Part shown: positions 19,592 through 30,886 of the stretch, in pieces
How the letters are laid out: each line of letters starts with the position of its first letter
How positions within the stretch are numbered: position 1 is the stretch's first letter
Sequence record: DRR723986_3136
Reading direction: 5' to 3' (one strand)
Length of the DNA: 51,017 nucleotides
Made by a program: the position numbers and the translations under genes
Notes under the pieces: model-generated
Told to the model about the DNA's origin: nothing
Database searches by the model: none
The model's input: only the letters and a program-made list of their open reading frames with translations

Positions 19592-20815
19592 TCAGAATAA
19601 CCCCGTTGTATTGAGTTTGTCGTCGCGATGCAGATAGGCCGAAAGGATCAGGCCGAAACACGACATCGCGGTCAGCATGGCTGTGCCACCGTATGAGATC
19701 AGAGGCAACGGCATTCCCACGACAGGCAACAAGCCAAGCACCATGGCGACGTTGAACACGACGTAGAAGGCAACCGTCGCCGTCGCCCCCGCCACCGCGA
19801 AGCGGCCAAAATTGCTAGCAGACTGGAAGGCGATATAGAGCGACCAGCCGAGCAGGATCGCAAAGCCGACCAGGATGGCGGTTGCGCCCAGGAACCCGAA
19901 TTCCTCGGCGATCACGGTGAGAATGAAGTCGGTGTGCTGCTCGGGCACATAATCCTGCTGGGACTGAATCCCCTGCAGCCAGCCCTTGCCGTTCAGCCCG
20001 CCTGCGCCGATGGCGATCTTCGCCTGCTCGATCTGGTAACTCTCGCCAAGCGATGTCGATGCGCCGCTGGACCCGAAAAGCTGCGCCAGGAAGGTATCGA
20101 CCCGTCCGCGCTGATAGGGCTCCAGAACAAACTGGTAGACTGGCCAGACGGCAGCTGCTGCAGCGGCGGCCCCGGCCAGAATAATCCGCCCGGACAGGCC
20201 GGCCAGGAACACGACCACACCGCCCGACGCAACGATCGCCAGCGCGGTTCCGAGGTCTGGCTGCAGGAAGACAAGCGCGGCAGGAATAAGGATGATGACC
20301 GCTGCGCCGATGTGAATGAAGAAACGGGAGCCATTGGCGCCCAGCATGGCGTGATAGTAACGGGCCAGCGCAAGTATCACCGCAAGCTTGGCAAACTCCG
20401 ACGGCTGGACAGCCACCGGGCCGATGCTCAGCCAGCGTTGCGCCCCGCCCCCGGTCACACCGAAGAATTCCACCGCCAGCAAGAGAAGGATCGTGCCCGC
20501 ATAGGCCAGCCAGGACAGGTTCATCCACCAGGATAGCGGCAACATCGCCAGCACGATCATGATGCCGAAGCAGATGAAGAACCTGATCAGCTGGAGCTTC
20601 CAGAGATGTTGCTCCGCCGGATTGGTATAGGTCGAAGAGTAGAGCATCGCGATGCCGATGAGCGCCATGGCGACAATCAGCAGGATGACTCCCCAAGGCA
20701 ACCGCGCCATCTTGCCAAGCAGGCCGGAAGACGTGCCGTCAAAATTGAGCGAGCGGGCCGTGCGCGTGCGCGCCTCGCCCCGGCTGTAACCGCTGAAGCT
20801 GCCATCACGGCTCAT
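19592..20815 (-). CDS. rodA: Rod shape-determining protein RodA (SEDS)
   Basis: GAQRW, QPSEFAK, QPDLGT, PEQHTDFI, PLISYGG; downstream of mrdA. Confidence 0.95.
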   Translation of the reverse strand: MSRDGSFSGYSRGEARTRTARSLNFDGTSSGLLGKMARLPWGVILLIVAMALIGIAMLYSSTYTNPAEQHLWKLQLIRFFICFGIMIVLAMLPLSWWMNLSWLAYAGTILLLLAVEFFGVTGGGAQRWLSIGPVAVQPSEFAKLAVILALARYYHAMLGANGSRFFIHIGAAVIILIPAALVFLQPDLGTALAIVASGGVVVFLAGLSGRIILAGAAAAAAAVWPVYQFVLEPYQRGRVDTFLAQLFGSSGASTSLGESYQIEQAKIAIGAGGLNGKGWLQGIQSQQDYVPEQHTDFILTVIAEEFGFLGATAILVGFAILLGWSLYIAFQSASNFGRFAVAGATATVAFYVVFNVAMVLGLLPVVGMPLPLISYGGTAMLTAMSCFGLILSAYLHRDDKLNTTGLF

Positions 20816-22746
20816 GTCGGCGTGCCCTCATCAGCGGATGGCTTGATGGAGGCACTCCTTGTCCATGCTGGTTTGCGGCCGCTATTGGTGCGAATAGCGT
20901 GGGCCAGAATATCGCGGGCGACAGGTGCTGCCGTGCGCGACCCGCCTTCCCCGTGCTCCACAACCACAGAGATCGCATATTTGGGATTTTCCGCCGGAGC
21001 GTAGGCAACGAACAGCGCGTGGTCGCGCAGCTCACGTTCAATGTCCTCGCCTTTGCGGACACCGGTGGCGCGCTCCGCGGCCGTGATGCGGCGAACCTGC
21101 GCTGTCCCCGTCTTGCCAGCGAGGCGCGGGCCGCCGAGCCCCAGATCACCAGAGCTGCGCGCGGTGCCGCCCCATTCGGACGTCACGCCATACATGCCCG
21201 ACTTCATCAACTTCATGATCTCGGCATCGAGATGCGCATCGAGGACATGCTCGTCGGGATCTTTCGGGCCAAGACCGATGAGCTTGGGCTTCAGGGAATG
21301 TCCTTCTGTCGCGATACGTGCGGTCATCAGGGCGAGCTGCAATGGCGTCACACCCAGCTGCCCCTGCCCGATCCCGAAGTTCAGTGTCTCGCCTTCGTAC
21401 CAGGGCTCCTTCCGGGCGCGCATTTTCCAGTCCGGATCCGGAACCAATCCGCTTCGGGCACCGGTCATGCCCAGGGACCAGGCCTCTCCGAAACCAAACT
21501 TGCGGGCGGTATCTGCAATCGCTTGCGCGCCGGCCCGGCGAGCAACTTCATAGAAGTAGACGTCGCAGGATCCTTTGATGCCGCCATGCAGGTCGACCGT
21601 CCCGTGGCCGCCTTTCTTCCAGCAGTGCCAGGTCCGGTTCCCGAAATGGTAATAACCGTTGCAATGCACCTTGTCGGTCGGCTTGATCGCGCCGGTCTCA
21701 AGGGCCGCTGTCGCCACCACCATCTTGAACGTGGAGCCAGGCGGATACACACCGCCATGGGCCCGCGGATAAAGCGGCGCCCGGGAATCTTCCCGCAGGG
21801 CGGCGTAGTCTGTGCCCGAGATGCCGTTCACGAAATCATTAGGGTCGAAGGCTGGCGTCGAGACCATGGAGAGAATATCGCCGCTCTCGATATCGACCAC
21901 GACCGCCGCGCCGCTTTCGCCCTCGAAACGTTCAATCGCGACACGCTGCAGATCCATGTCGATCGTGATGAACAGGTCCTTGCCCGCTTCCGGTGCAAGA
22001 CGTTCATCCGGGATCTGATCGATGACTCGGCCCGCCGCATTGGTGACCAGTTTCTTGAAGCCCGGCTTGCCGCGCAGCCATTCTTCCGCGAACCGTTCCA
22101 TGCCCTGCCGGCCCGTCCGCATGTCCGGATGACGGAACATCCGTTCGATGGTCGTCGCTTCGTCTGATGTCTTGCCTTCGGTCAGCCGCTCCAGATCGTC
22201 CTGGCTGGCCCGGGCCACATAACCCAGCACGTGTGCGAAATCCCGCCCGCGCGGATAGGACCGCGTGAGTGCCATCTCAACCTGCACGCCTGGCAGCTCC
22301 ACCGCATGCACATTCATACGGGCGAAGTCTTCATAGGACAGTTCGTTCGCGACGATCACCGGCAAGAACGCTGCCCGGCGCAGGCGTGCGCGGCGAATGT
22401 CTTCCATGACGCGCTCGACCTGCCCGTCCGACAGTTCGATCAGCTGGCGAATACTGGCAATCGTTGCAGCCGGGTCTTTCAACTGCTCCGGAATGACAGT
22501 GACGCGGCCGGCCCGCCGGTGCGAAGCGAGGGGCTTACCGAAGCGGTCGAGAATCCGCCCACGCTGCGGCGGCGCAAGTTCCAGCTTGATATGGTTCTCA
22601 TTGGCCAGTTCGTCGTACTTCTTGCCTTCCAGAATCTGCAGCTGGAACAGGCGCGCCACGAGACCCGCCCAGACAACACCGCCGCCGACCCCTGCCATGA
22701 GCATACGGCGGGAGAATTCCTGATCGGGGTGGAAGCCCTTGCTCAT
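20812..22746 (-). CDS. mrdA: Penicillin-binding protein 2
   Basis: RGRILDR, PGSTFK (SxxK), SCD, KTGT; operon context. Confidence 0.95.
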   Translation of the reverse strand: MSKGFHPDQEFSRRMLMAGVGGGVVWAGLVARLFQLQILEGKKYDELANENHIKLELAPPQRGRILDRFGKPLASHRRAGRVTVIPEQLKDPAATIASIRQLIELSDGQVERVMEDIRRARLRRAAFLPVIVANELSYEDFARMNVHAVELPGVQVEMALTRSYPRGRDFAHVLGYVARASQDDLERLTEGKTSDEATTIERMFRHPDMRTGRQGMERFAEEWLRGKPGFKKLVTNAAGRVIDQIPDERLAPEAGKDLFITIDMDLQRVAIERFEGESGAAVVVDIESGDILSMVSTPAFDPNDFVNGISGTDYAALREDSRAPLYPRAHGGVYPPGSTFKMVVATAALETGAIKPTDKVHCNGYYHFGNRTWHCWKKGGHGTVDLHGGIKGSCDVYFYEVARRAGAQAIADTARKFGFGEAWSLGMTGARSGLVPDPDWKMRARKEPWYEGETLNFGIGQGQLGVTPLQLALMTARIATEGHSLKPKLIGLGPKDPDEHVLDAHLDAEIMKLMKSGMYGVTSEWGGTARSSGDLGLGGPRLAGKTGTAQVRRITAAERATGVRKGEDIERELRDHALFVAYAPAENPKYAISVVVEHGEGGSRTAAPVARDILAHAIRTNSGRKPAWTRSASIKPSADEGTPT

Positions 22747-23294
22747 GCCGCTTGCCCCGCAGCCTCTCCTGGCCTGCGGCCCAGGTCGAAGACTTTGTGG
22801 ATCAGCGCATACAGCAATCCGGTCGTCAGCATCGCCGCGAACAGCGGCAATATCCGCACCGGGTGGTCCTCGAGCGTCGAAGCCATGATCCAGAGCAACA
22901 GGAACGCTCCGGCAAACAGGAGAACGGTCGCAACGATTGCGATCAACGGCTCGTTCGTAATGTCAAACTGTGCCGAGATGGCCGTGCTGGCCGCATAGGT
23001 CAGGAGGTTGACGACCTCGAAACTACCCATGGGGGCATGAAAGATCACGTCCTGTATGGCGCCGAAGACAATGAGGATGATCATGGGACGGACTGAAAGC
23101 CCGACCCTGCCCCAGCCGACGGCACCCCACAACGCGGCATGCGGCCAGGCAAATGACAATCCGAAAATGTCGTTCCGGGTCAGGCCAAACAGGCCGACTG
23201 TGGCGATCAGGAAGGATCCGAATATCAGCCGGGGGGTGGGGCCGGATTTGGCCCAGAGGCTCTGCCTTCGCCGGGTCAGGAAGGAGCCAGGCAT
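22743..23294 (-). CDS. mreD: Rod shape-determining protein MreD (divergent)
   Basis: Multi-pass membrane protein between mreC and mrdA with G..QD motif. Confidence 0.75.
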   Translation of the reverse strand: MPGSFLTRRRQSLWAKSGPTPRLIFGSFLIATVGLFGLTRNDIFGLSFAWPHAALWGAVGWGRVGLSVRPMIILIVFGAIQDVIFHAPMGSFEVVNLLTYAASTAISAQFDITNEPLIAIVATVLLFAGAFLLLWIMASTLEDHPVRILPLFAAMLTTGLLYALIHKVFDLGRRPGEAAGQAA

Positions 23295-24166
23295 CAGCGG
23301 CGCGCCCCCTGGGTTGGGCTGGCCGCAGCGTCCGGCGCCGGCAAGTCGCCCGCTGAGATGGGCCGTTCCACGGTGGGCGGCGGAATAAGCTGGACATAGC
23401 CGGACGAGCCTTTGCTCATCGCATATTTCACGCGCCAGTCATTGCCGGATTTATTTACCTCGCCAACGACCAGGCCACGGGGGTAAGCCCCGCCTTCCGA
23501 TGATGTAAGGATACGTTCGCCTTCGATGAACTCGCTCCGCTCGGGCAGGTCCGTCAGCGTCCCGGAACTTGTGGAACCGCCCTGCATGATCGCATGCACG
23601 CCCGACACTTCGCCGATCACGGGCACACGGCTGTTGAAGTCCGTCACCAGGAGGATGCGGGAGGACCGCTCCCCCAGCTGAATGACACGGCCGACAAGGC
23701 CGCCTTCGTTCATCGCAACAGAACCCGATTCCACGCCTTGCGACCGCCCCGCATTGGCGAGCAGCGTCTGCGCAAACGGGCCTTCGCTTTCGGAGGTGAC
23801 CCGGGCCGTCACGCCGCGCGCTGGCGGTTCGCCCATCAGATTGAGAATTTCCTCATACGCTTCCAGCCTGTCGGCCATGGAAATGGCGGCGGCCTTGTAG
23901 CGGGAGAGGTCCCGCACTTCGGCTTCGAGTTCGCGGATGCGCTGTTCCTGAGCGGCGCGGCCTGTCAGCCGGGCCCAGAGGCCGATCTGTTCCCCCCCGC
24001 CCAGACGGTCACCGACCGAGGCGCGCACAGGGTTGAAAAACTGGCTGATTTGCGGGGCTGACTGCGCGATGATGAGCGCTGCGAACCCAAAAATGAGCAC
24101 ACCAAGGACGAGGCGCTTGGGAGAGCGCCGGACGCCTTTCTGAGCTGACCGGCCCGAACGTGCCAT
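23294..24166 (-). CDS. mreC: Rod shape-determining protein MreC
   Basis: TM plus coiled coil, GLVGRV, LLVTDFNSRVPV, YPRGLVVG. Confidence 0.93.
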   Translation of the reverse strand: MARSGRSAQKGVRRSPKRLVLGVLIFGFAALIIAQSAPQISQFFNPVRASVGDRLGGGEQIGLWARLTGRAAQEQRIRELEAEVRDLSRYKAAAISMADRLEAYEEILNLMGEPPARGVTARVTSESEGPFAQTLLANAGRSQGVESGSVAMNEGGLVGRVIQLGERSSRILLVTDFNSRVPVIGEVSGVHAIMQGGSTSSGTLTDLPERSEFIEGERILTSSEGGAYPRGLVVGEVNKSGNDWRVKYAMSKGSSGYVQLIPPPTVERPISAGDLPAPDAAASPTQGARR

Positions 24167-24204
24167 ATGGCGGGTCCTCTGGTGTTTCCTTGATTATACC
24201 GTCC

Positions 24205-25248
<1,044 letters not shown>

Positions 25249-25334
25249 TTACCGCGCTCTTTTCCTGAGCGGCCAGGCGACAAATCCCGGCGCGCGTGTG
25301 TAATTCTCTACACAGCCCCATAAACCCATTGCCG

Positions 25335-25349
25335 TTAACGTGGCTTTAA
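25335..25349. promoter_or_regulatory. CtrA-type binding site TTAA-N7-TTAA upstream of mreB
   Basis: TTAA-CGTGGCT-TTAA, ~90 bp upstream of the mreB start. Confidence 0.6.
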
Positions 25350-25512
25350 TGCAAGGGACGGCGCGCAGATAAACGGAACGCTCCGTTCTGCTACGCGATT
25401 CCCGTTGCTTTTATTGAAGATTCGCGAAGACCTTACAGATGGCGCCCCAACAAAATCGAACGGTGCGTACACCAATGGTAAACAAGAGGTTAGCAGGCCT
25501 TAATATTCCGAC

Positions 25513-26994
25513 TCATTCGGCCGGGATGACCTGCCAGCTATCGGGATCGAATTCCCGCATGATCGCGGCATATTCGGTCGTCTTGCCGGACCAGTTATTG
25601 GTCACTTTTCCGCCTTCGGTCTTGTACCAGCTGGCACAATCACCTGCCCAGACCGTCTTGCCGAGATCCGCCTGCAGCTTCTCATTATAGGCTTTCATGG
25701 CTTCCGGCTTCACGTCCAGCGCCGCCACATTTTCAGCCGCGATCCGGTCAATGGCCTGATGCACATATTCCAGCTGGCGCTCCACCATCAGGATGATGGA
25801 ATTATGCCCGAGGTTTGTGTTCGGGCCGTAGAGCAGGAAGAAGTTCGGAAAACCGGGAACGGCCACGCCCTTGTAAGCTTCCGCTCCGTCTTTCCAGACC
25901 TCGTTGAGGGATTCCCCTGCCCGGCCATGCACCTGCATCGGCGTCAGGAATGCGGTCGATTGGAAACCCGTTGCATAGATGATGACATCACAAGCGTATT
26001 CCACGCCATCGTCACCCATGACCCCCGTGGGTGTGATTTCCTGCACCCCCTGCCGGATCACTTCGACATTCGGCTGTATGAGCGCGGGATAGTAGTCGTC
26101 GGAAATCAGGATGCGTTTGCAGCCCGGTTCAAAGTCCGGCGTCAGCAGGGCCCGCATCCTGGGATGCTTCACCTGGTGTTCGAGATGCTTCAGACACATC
26201 TTCTTCATCGACTTCGCCATGCCGTTCTCGCCCTGGTGAAAGGCAGTGAAGCCGAAGTCTGCAAACGCACGGATGCGCCAGCGATACCAATTGATCCGCC
26301 AGCGCTGCCGGTCGAAGGCGCGCTTGTCGGCTTCGGTGTATTTGCGCTGGCCGCGCGGACGGCACCAGGCTGGTGAACGCTGGAAGTTGATCAACTTGCC
26401 AACCTGCTTCTGGATTTCCGGCACGAACTGGACCGCGCTCGGCCCGTTGCCGATGACGCAGACCGTCTTGCCCGTCAGATCGACCGAATGGTCCCAGCGG
26501 GCGGAGTGGAAGGACGGGCCTTCGAAACTGTCCTTGCCTTTGAAATCGGGAATGGAGGGAATGTTGAGCTGGCCAAGCCCCGAGATGAGCACATCGGCGG
26601 TGTGGGTCGTTCCATCCGACTTGGTCAGCATCCAGGTGCGGCTGGCCTCATTATAGCTGCAGTCGGTGATCTCTGAATTGAAGTGGCAGTGAGGGCGCAC
26701 GCCGAATTTGTCCGCAAAGTCCTCGAAGTATTGGAGGATCTGCGGTTGCAGAGACCATTTGTAATCCCAGTCAGGATTGAGATCGAAGGAATAGGAATAG
26801 AGATGGCTCGGAACATCGCACCCGCAGCCCGGATAGGTATTGTCGCGCCAGGTACCACCGACGCCATCAGACTTCTCGAAAAGGTCGATGTTGGAGTATC
26901 CGGCCTCTTTCAGTTTCGCCACCGCAGCCAGCCCGCTCATGCCGGCGCCGAGAACCGCGATACTCAGAGACTTTCCGTCCTTTCCTGATTGCAT
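25513..26994 (-). CDS. Baeyer-Villiger-type flavin monooxygenase
   Basis: GAGMSG, GGTW..NTYPG..CD, fingerprint FEGPSFHSARWD, GNGPSA, ATGF. Confidence 0.9.
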   Translation of the reverse strand: MQSGKDGKSLSIAVLGAGMSGLAAVAKLKEAGYSNIDLFEKSDGVGGTWRDNTYPGCGCDVPSHLYSYSFDLNPDWDYKWSLQPQILQYFEDFADKFGVRPHCHFNSEITDCSYNEASRTWMLTKSDGTTHTADVLISGLGQLNIPSIPDFKGKDSFEGPSFHSARWDHSVDLTGKTVCVIGNGPSAVQFVPEIQKQVGKLINFQRSPAWCRPRGQRKYTEADKRAFDRQRWRINWYRWRIRAFADFGFTAFHQGENGMAKSMKKMCLKHLEHQVKHPRMRALLTPDFEPGCKRILISDDYYPALIQPNVEVIRQGVQEITPTGVMGDDGVEYACDVIIYATGFQSTAFLTPMQVHGRAGESLNEVWKDGAEAYKGVAVPGFPNFFLLYGPNTNLGHNSIILMVERQLEYVHQAIDRIAAENVAALDVKPEAMKAYNEKLQADLGKTVWAGDCASWYKTEGGKVTNNWSGKTTEYAAIMREFDPDSWQVIPAE

Positions 26995-27080
26995 TCCCTT
27001 TTCCTCCACTTGGTCGACTTTTGATCGATAGTGGCATGCGGCGGTTGACCGTCAACACGTCTCGCAAGGGGAAGAGGCCA

Positions 27081-28853
27081 TCAGTTCTGAGGGATGACGC
27101 GATAGAGGCGGCCGGATGAAGGAGCCTCGGGAGCGGGAGGAACAGGCGTCAGCCATCTGGGAACCTCGCCGGCGGTCAGGCGCGCCAGGAACCCAGCGGG
27201 CCGGATCTGCTGGAAGGTCGTGTTCTCTCCCGCATTCGGGCAGAAAAGGATGTAGTCGATCTGGTTCTTTTCCAGCAGCGCCGGCACCTGATCCGGCGGC
27301 AGGCTGAAGGCCTCGAGGCTGGCGGATATACCTGCGATGTCACGGTGATAGTTCGCATACATCACCGAATGCGGGGTCTCCTCCAGCAGGATGGCACCAA
27401 TGTTCGCATCCGACAGGATCATGCCGGGCGGCACGGATTCCAAAGCCGCACGCGTTTCATCGGACAGGCAGGATCGCTCCCCTCCAATCGCCGGCGCAGG
27501 CGACGGCAGGACCAGCATCACCGGCAAGGCCCAGAGCGTCGGATTCGAGAGGACGAGTGGCAGAAGGTATCCGGCGCGCTGGCCGCCTTCCCTGCGGCCG
27601 GCATCGAAGGTGTCTCTCGCCCAGACAGCGCAGGGAATAATCGCAAGGAGGCTGCCAAAGACGTAGAACCGGGTCTGGTACATCATCAGGACCAGAGCGA
27701 GTGCCAGCAGCAGGGCGAACATCAGATCCGTGCGGACATCGCGCCGACGCACCAATCCATAGATCGATACCCCGAATGCGACGAGGCTCGGCCCCATGGC
27801 ATAAGCGACAAAGGGCCAGCGACCGCCTGGCTGATCGAACATGGGACGGGCCTCGATAATACTGTCGAACCATATCTCGCGCATGTCCGGGGTCAGTACG
27901 TCTAGCGGGTTCCCCAGACATTGCGGCCCCTGGAACAGGAACAGCACGCCGCACGCCGCGCCGACCGCCACAAGGCCTGCAAAACGGATCATCCGTCCCT
28001 GCCCCGACAAGAAGGCAGCACAAAAGGCGAGGCCGCCACCACCGATGGCCAGGGCGAGAAAGGAAATGATCGACAAGGCATCGCAATAGACTGTGCCCCA
28101 GGCCGCTTGAGGCACTGTTCCGAAGAAACAGATGGCAATTGCCCCTGCGAGCCCGCCCCCGAACGCCACTGTACCGCTGCGGATCTCCGCGCCTCGCCAG
28201 GCCCAGTCGAACGCGTGGAAGGCGCAGAGCACGGCAACGAAAGGATAAAGCTCTATCCCCACGGCCACAGAAAGCGCCAGCATGATGGCGCTGAGCACCA
28301 TGTTTCGCGAACCTGCCTGACGGTCGAGCGCAGCCCCGACGGCGACAGCAAGAAAACCGAGCTGCAGATTATGGTGGTCGATCGATCCCGCCAGGAAGCG
28401 GAAATGCCCCAACAGGATGAACAGGCCGACGATGAGGGTGAAAACCAGCAGCTTTCCGTCATCGATGTTTCGGACAGCCAACAGCAAGCCACCCAGCAAG
28501 ATCAGCATACTGATCGGCGGCCAGACCGAGATGGCCCAGGCCAGCGCCATATCCTGTGGCAGGAACAGGTCGAACAGGCCTGTCAGCACAATGATCGGAA
28601 TGTCCGGTATACGCGACCAGTGCATCAGTGTTCCACCGTCCGGACCTAGGCGGTACTGATGCAGATCGAACCAGCCCTGCCCCGCGAGCAGGTCACGCAC
28701 CTGCACCAATCGCATGACATCGTCCCCGTCCGGCCCGGGCTGTCCAAAGCGGCCCCGCAACAGACTCACCACAACGACGCTCAGGAAAATCATCCCGGCC
28801 AGCAGGCCTGCCCACAGCTGCGCTGTGCTGAATTTAGTGCCTGAAAACGCCAT
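27081..28853 (-). CDS. Polytopic membrane protein, putative GT-C glycosyltransferase
   Basis: DGDDVMR loop after TM1, MHWSR, IDHHNLQ, many TMs, periplasmic C-terminal domain; start at ATG 28853. Confidence 0.6.
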   Translation of the reverse strand: MAFSGTKFSTAQLWAGLLAGMIFLSVVVVSLLRGRFGQPGPDGDDVMRLVQVRDLLAGQGWFDLHQYRLGPDGGTLMHWSRIPDIPIIVLTGLFDLFLPQDMALAWAISVWPPISMLILLGGLLLAVRNIDDGKLLVFTLIVGLFILLGHFRFLAGSIDHHNLQLGFLAVAVGAALDRQAGSRNMVLSAIMLALSVAVGIELYPFVAVLCAFHAFDWAWRGAEIRSGTVAFGGGLAGAIAICFFGTVPQAAWGTVYCDALSIISFLALAIGGGGLAFCAAFLSGQGRMIRFAGLVAVGAACGVLFLFQGPQCLGNPLDVLTPDMREIWFDSIIEARPMFDQPGGRWPFVAYAMGPSLVAFGVSIYGLVRRRDVRTDLMFALLLALALVLMMYQTRFYVFGSLLAIIPCAVWARDTFDAGRREGGQRAGYLLPLVLSNPTLWALPVMLVLPSPAPAIGGERSCLSDETRAALESVPPGMILSDANIGAILLEETPHSVMYANYHRDIAGISASLEAFSLPPDQVPALLEKNQIDYILFCPNAGENTTFQQIRPAGFLARLTAGEVPRWLTPVPPAPEAPSSGRLYRVIPQN

Positions 28854-29078
28854 ACTCGCCCTGACCCGCCTGGAATTGGAGCGGTAACCATATGCCGGGC
28901 AGGTATAGGAATGCCTAAAGCCCGTGATCCGGCGACAGGTTGAGACATTTCCGGGCATTGTCCTGTGGAATACCCGGCGCCCCGATCAAGAACACGGCTG
29001 CGCCAAACCCGCTTGATCCTTAACGTCCTCGAACCTGTCGAAATCCGCAAACTGGTGCAGGCACAACAGGTTTGCGAA

Positions 29079-29093
29079 TGAACAGGTAGTTAA
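29079..29093. promoter_or_regulatory. Near-consensus CtrA-type box TGAA-N7-TTAA(CC)
   Basis: TGAA-CAGGTAG-TTAACC, 66 bp upstream of the pseudokinase ATG; one mismatch to consensus. Confidence 0.4.
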
Positions 29094-29158
29094 CCGACAT
29101 GTGTAAATCGGGCTTCGGCGTGAACTATAACTTATCTGACTTGTGATTATGTGGCCGC

Positions 29159-30886
29159 ATGACCAGTGCGGCGACCCGTTTCACGTTCCTTGACCTGATC
29201 CTCTTCGGTTCCCCGAAGATCGATGAGAGCGTACGCGGGCCAATGAACCTGCACATGCTGAGCCGGTTCCAGAAATACAAGATCCCGATCAGTGTCGTGA
29301 CACTGATCAATGCGACGATCCTGCTCGCCATGTTCTCGGCAGACACCGAGTCCGGTTTCTGCCCGATTGCCTTTGCGTGGTGGGTACCCATTGCCCTCTA
29401 TTCCGGCTTCATGTTCTGGAGCGGCCTGCGCCCGCTCGACCTTAGCACGGGCCGGATGCCGTCCGGCCGCTTCGTCAAGCGCGCTGAGATTGGCTCATTC
29501 ATTCTCGGCCTCTGGTGGACGGGCCTGATGCTGACCCCAGTCGCCGAGACCGAAGCCCAGCAGCTGACCATGATCGGCGTGGCCATGGGCATGTGCTGCG
29601 GCGTGGTTGGCTTCACCGCTCCAATGGTTGGTGTGGCTGCCCGCTACATGACGGCAGCGACCGTGGTTCAGCTCCTGGCCCTGCTGCAGTACCACACCGC
29701 GACCGCCATGACGGCAACGCTGTTCGGCCTCGCCCTGTCGATTGCCCTGCTCGTCAGTTCCCGGAATTTCTTCCAGTCCACCCTGGAACTGGTCGAGTCC
29801 CGCACGGAAACGGAGCGCGCGCACGACCTGTTGAAACAGTCGCTTGAAACGTCGCGGCACGGCTTTGCGATTTTCACCGAAGCGGGCGAGCGCCTGGTGG
29901 CGAACACCTATCACCAGAACTATTTCCCTGATTTCGTTCCGACGGCGACCGATCTTGGCACAAAGGAAATTTCGGTGAAGGGCAGCGACTGGTTCATCCG
30001 GTCCGTCACCCAGTCTGCGAACCGCAACTTCATTGTAACGCACACCAACATCAACCTGCAGAAAGAAACCCAGCGGTCCCTGCTGGCTGCGCAGGAAACG
30101 ATCAATGATGCCCTGGCGGCCCGGTCACGCTTCATCTCGCGTGCGTCGACCGACCTTGCCGGGCCACTCAAATACATCATGACGCTGGCCTCTGCGATGT
30201 CGTCTGGGTCGAAGATCGAGTTTTCCCGCGAAGAAATCCGCGACCACTGCGACAGTATCGACAAGGTCGCCCGCGACCTGCTCGATCTCGTGCGCGACAT
30301 CGAGGACTATGCTGAAGGCGAAGCCGGCGGTACGTTCTCGAACGACGCACCGGAAGACCTGCGTGAACTTCTTTCGCCGGAACAGCTCTGGTCTGCCGCG
30401 ACCTGGGACAAGTCGACCTTCGACCGGATCAAAGTGTCGATCCCGCAAGATCTCGACGTCGTCATGATCGATGGACCGCGCTTCACCTCGACTGTGGTGA
30501 AACTGCTGAAGCGCGCCTCCATGGTTTCGATCGACCCGATCGTGCTGACCTGCACACCGGATGAAGAAGGCCGCATTCATGTGACCATCGTCGACCGCGG
30601 CCGGCCGCTGAGCCCGGCTGAAGTCGCCGACTTCTTCGAGCCTTATGGCGACGAAACCCGCCCGGGCACAGACCAGTACGTGACGCGCGGCCTCGAGCTG
30701 GCACTGATCAAGAAATACCTTAACAGCCAGGGCGCCGAAATCACCGTGCGACCGCTGAACAAGATCGGTAATGCCATCACGATCACGCTGCCGACTTCGG
30801 CCATCGTCGGGAACACCACCGGCCAGCGCGCCTCAACCTCGCTCAAGGCCGAATCAGCCCCCCCTCGCCGGACGGCAAATGGCTGA
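29159..30886 (+). CDS. Membrane-bound PleC/DivJ-like histidine kinase homolog with degenerate catalytic motifs (pseudokinase)
   Basis: N-terminal TMs, PAS-like segment, DHp ARSRFISRASTDLAGPL (His replaced by Thr), degenerate N, G1 and G2 boxes. Confidence 0.8.
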   Translation: MTSAATRFTFLDLILFGSPKIDESVRGPMNLHMLSRFQKYKIPISVVTLINATILLAMFSADTESGFCPIAFAWWVPIALYSGFMFWSGLRPLDLSTGRMPSGRFVKRAEIGSFILGLWWTGLMLTPVAETEAQQLTMIGVAMGMCCGVVGFTAPMVGVAARYMTAATVVQLLALLQYHTATAMTATLFGLALSIALLVSSRNFFQSTLELVESRTETERAHDLLKQSLETSRHGFAIFTEAGERLVANTYHQNYFPDFVPTATDLGTKEISVKGSDWFIRSVTQSANRNFIVTHTNINLQKETQRSLLAAQETINDALAARSRFISRASTDLAGPLKYIMTLASAMSSGSKIEFSREEIRDHCDSIDKVARDLLDLVRDIEDYAEGEAGGTFSNDAPEDLRELLSPEQLWSAATWDKSTFDRIKVSIPQDLDVVMIDGPRFTSTVVKLLKRASMVSIDPIVLTCTPDEEGRIHVTIVDRGRPLSPAEVADFFEPYGDETRPGTDQYVTRGLELALIKKYLNSQGAEITVRPLNKIGNAITITLPTSAIVGNTTGQRASTSLKAESAPPRRTANG

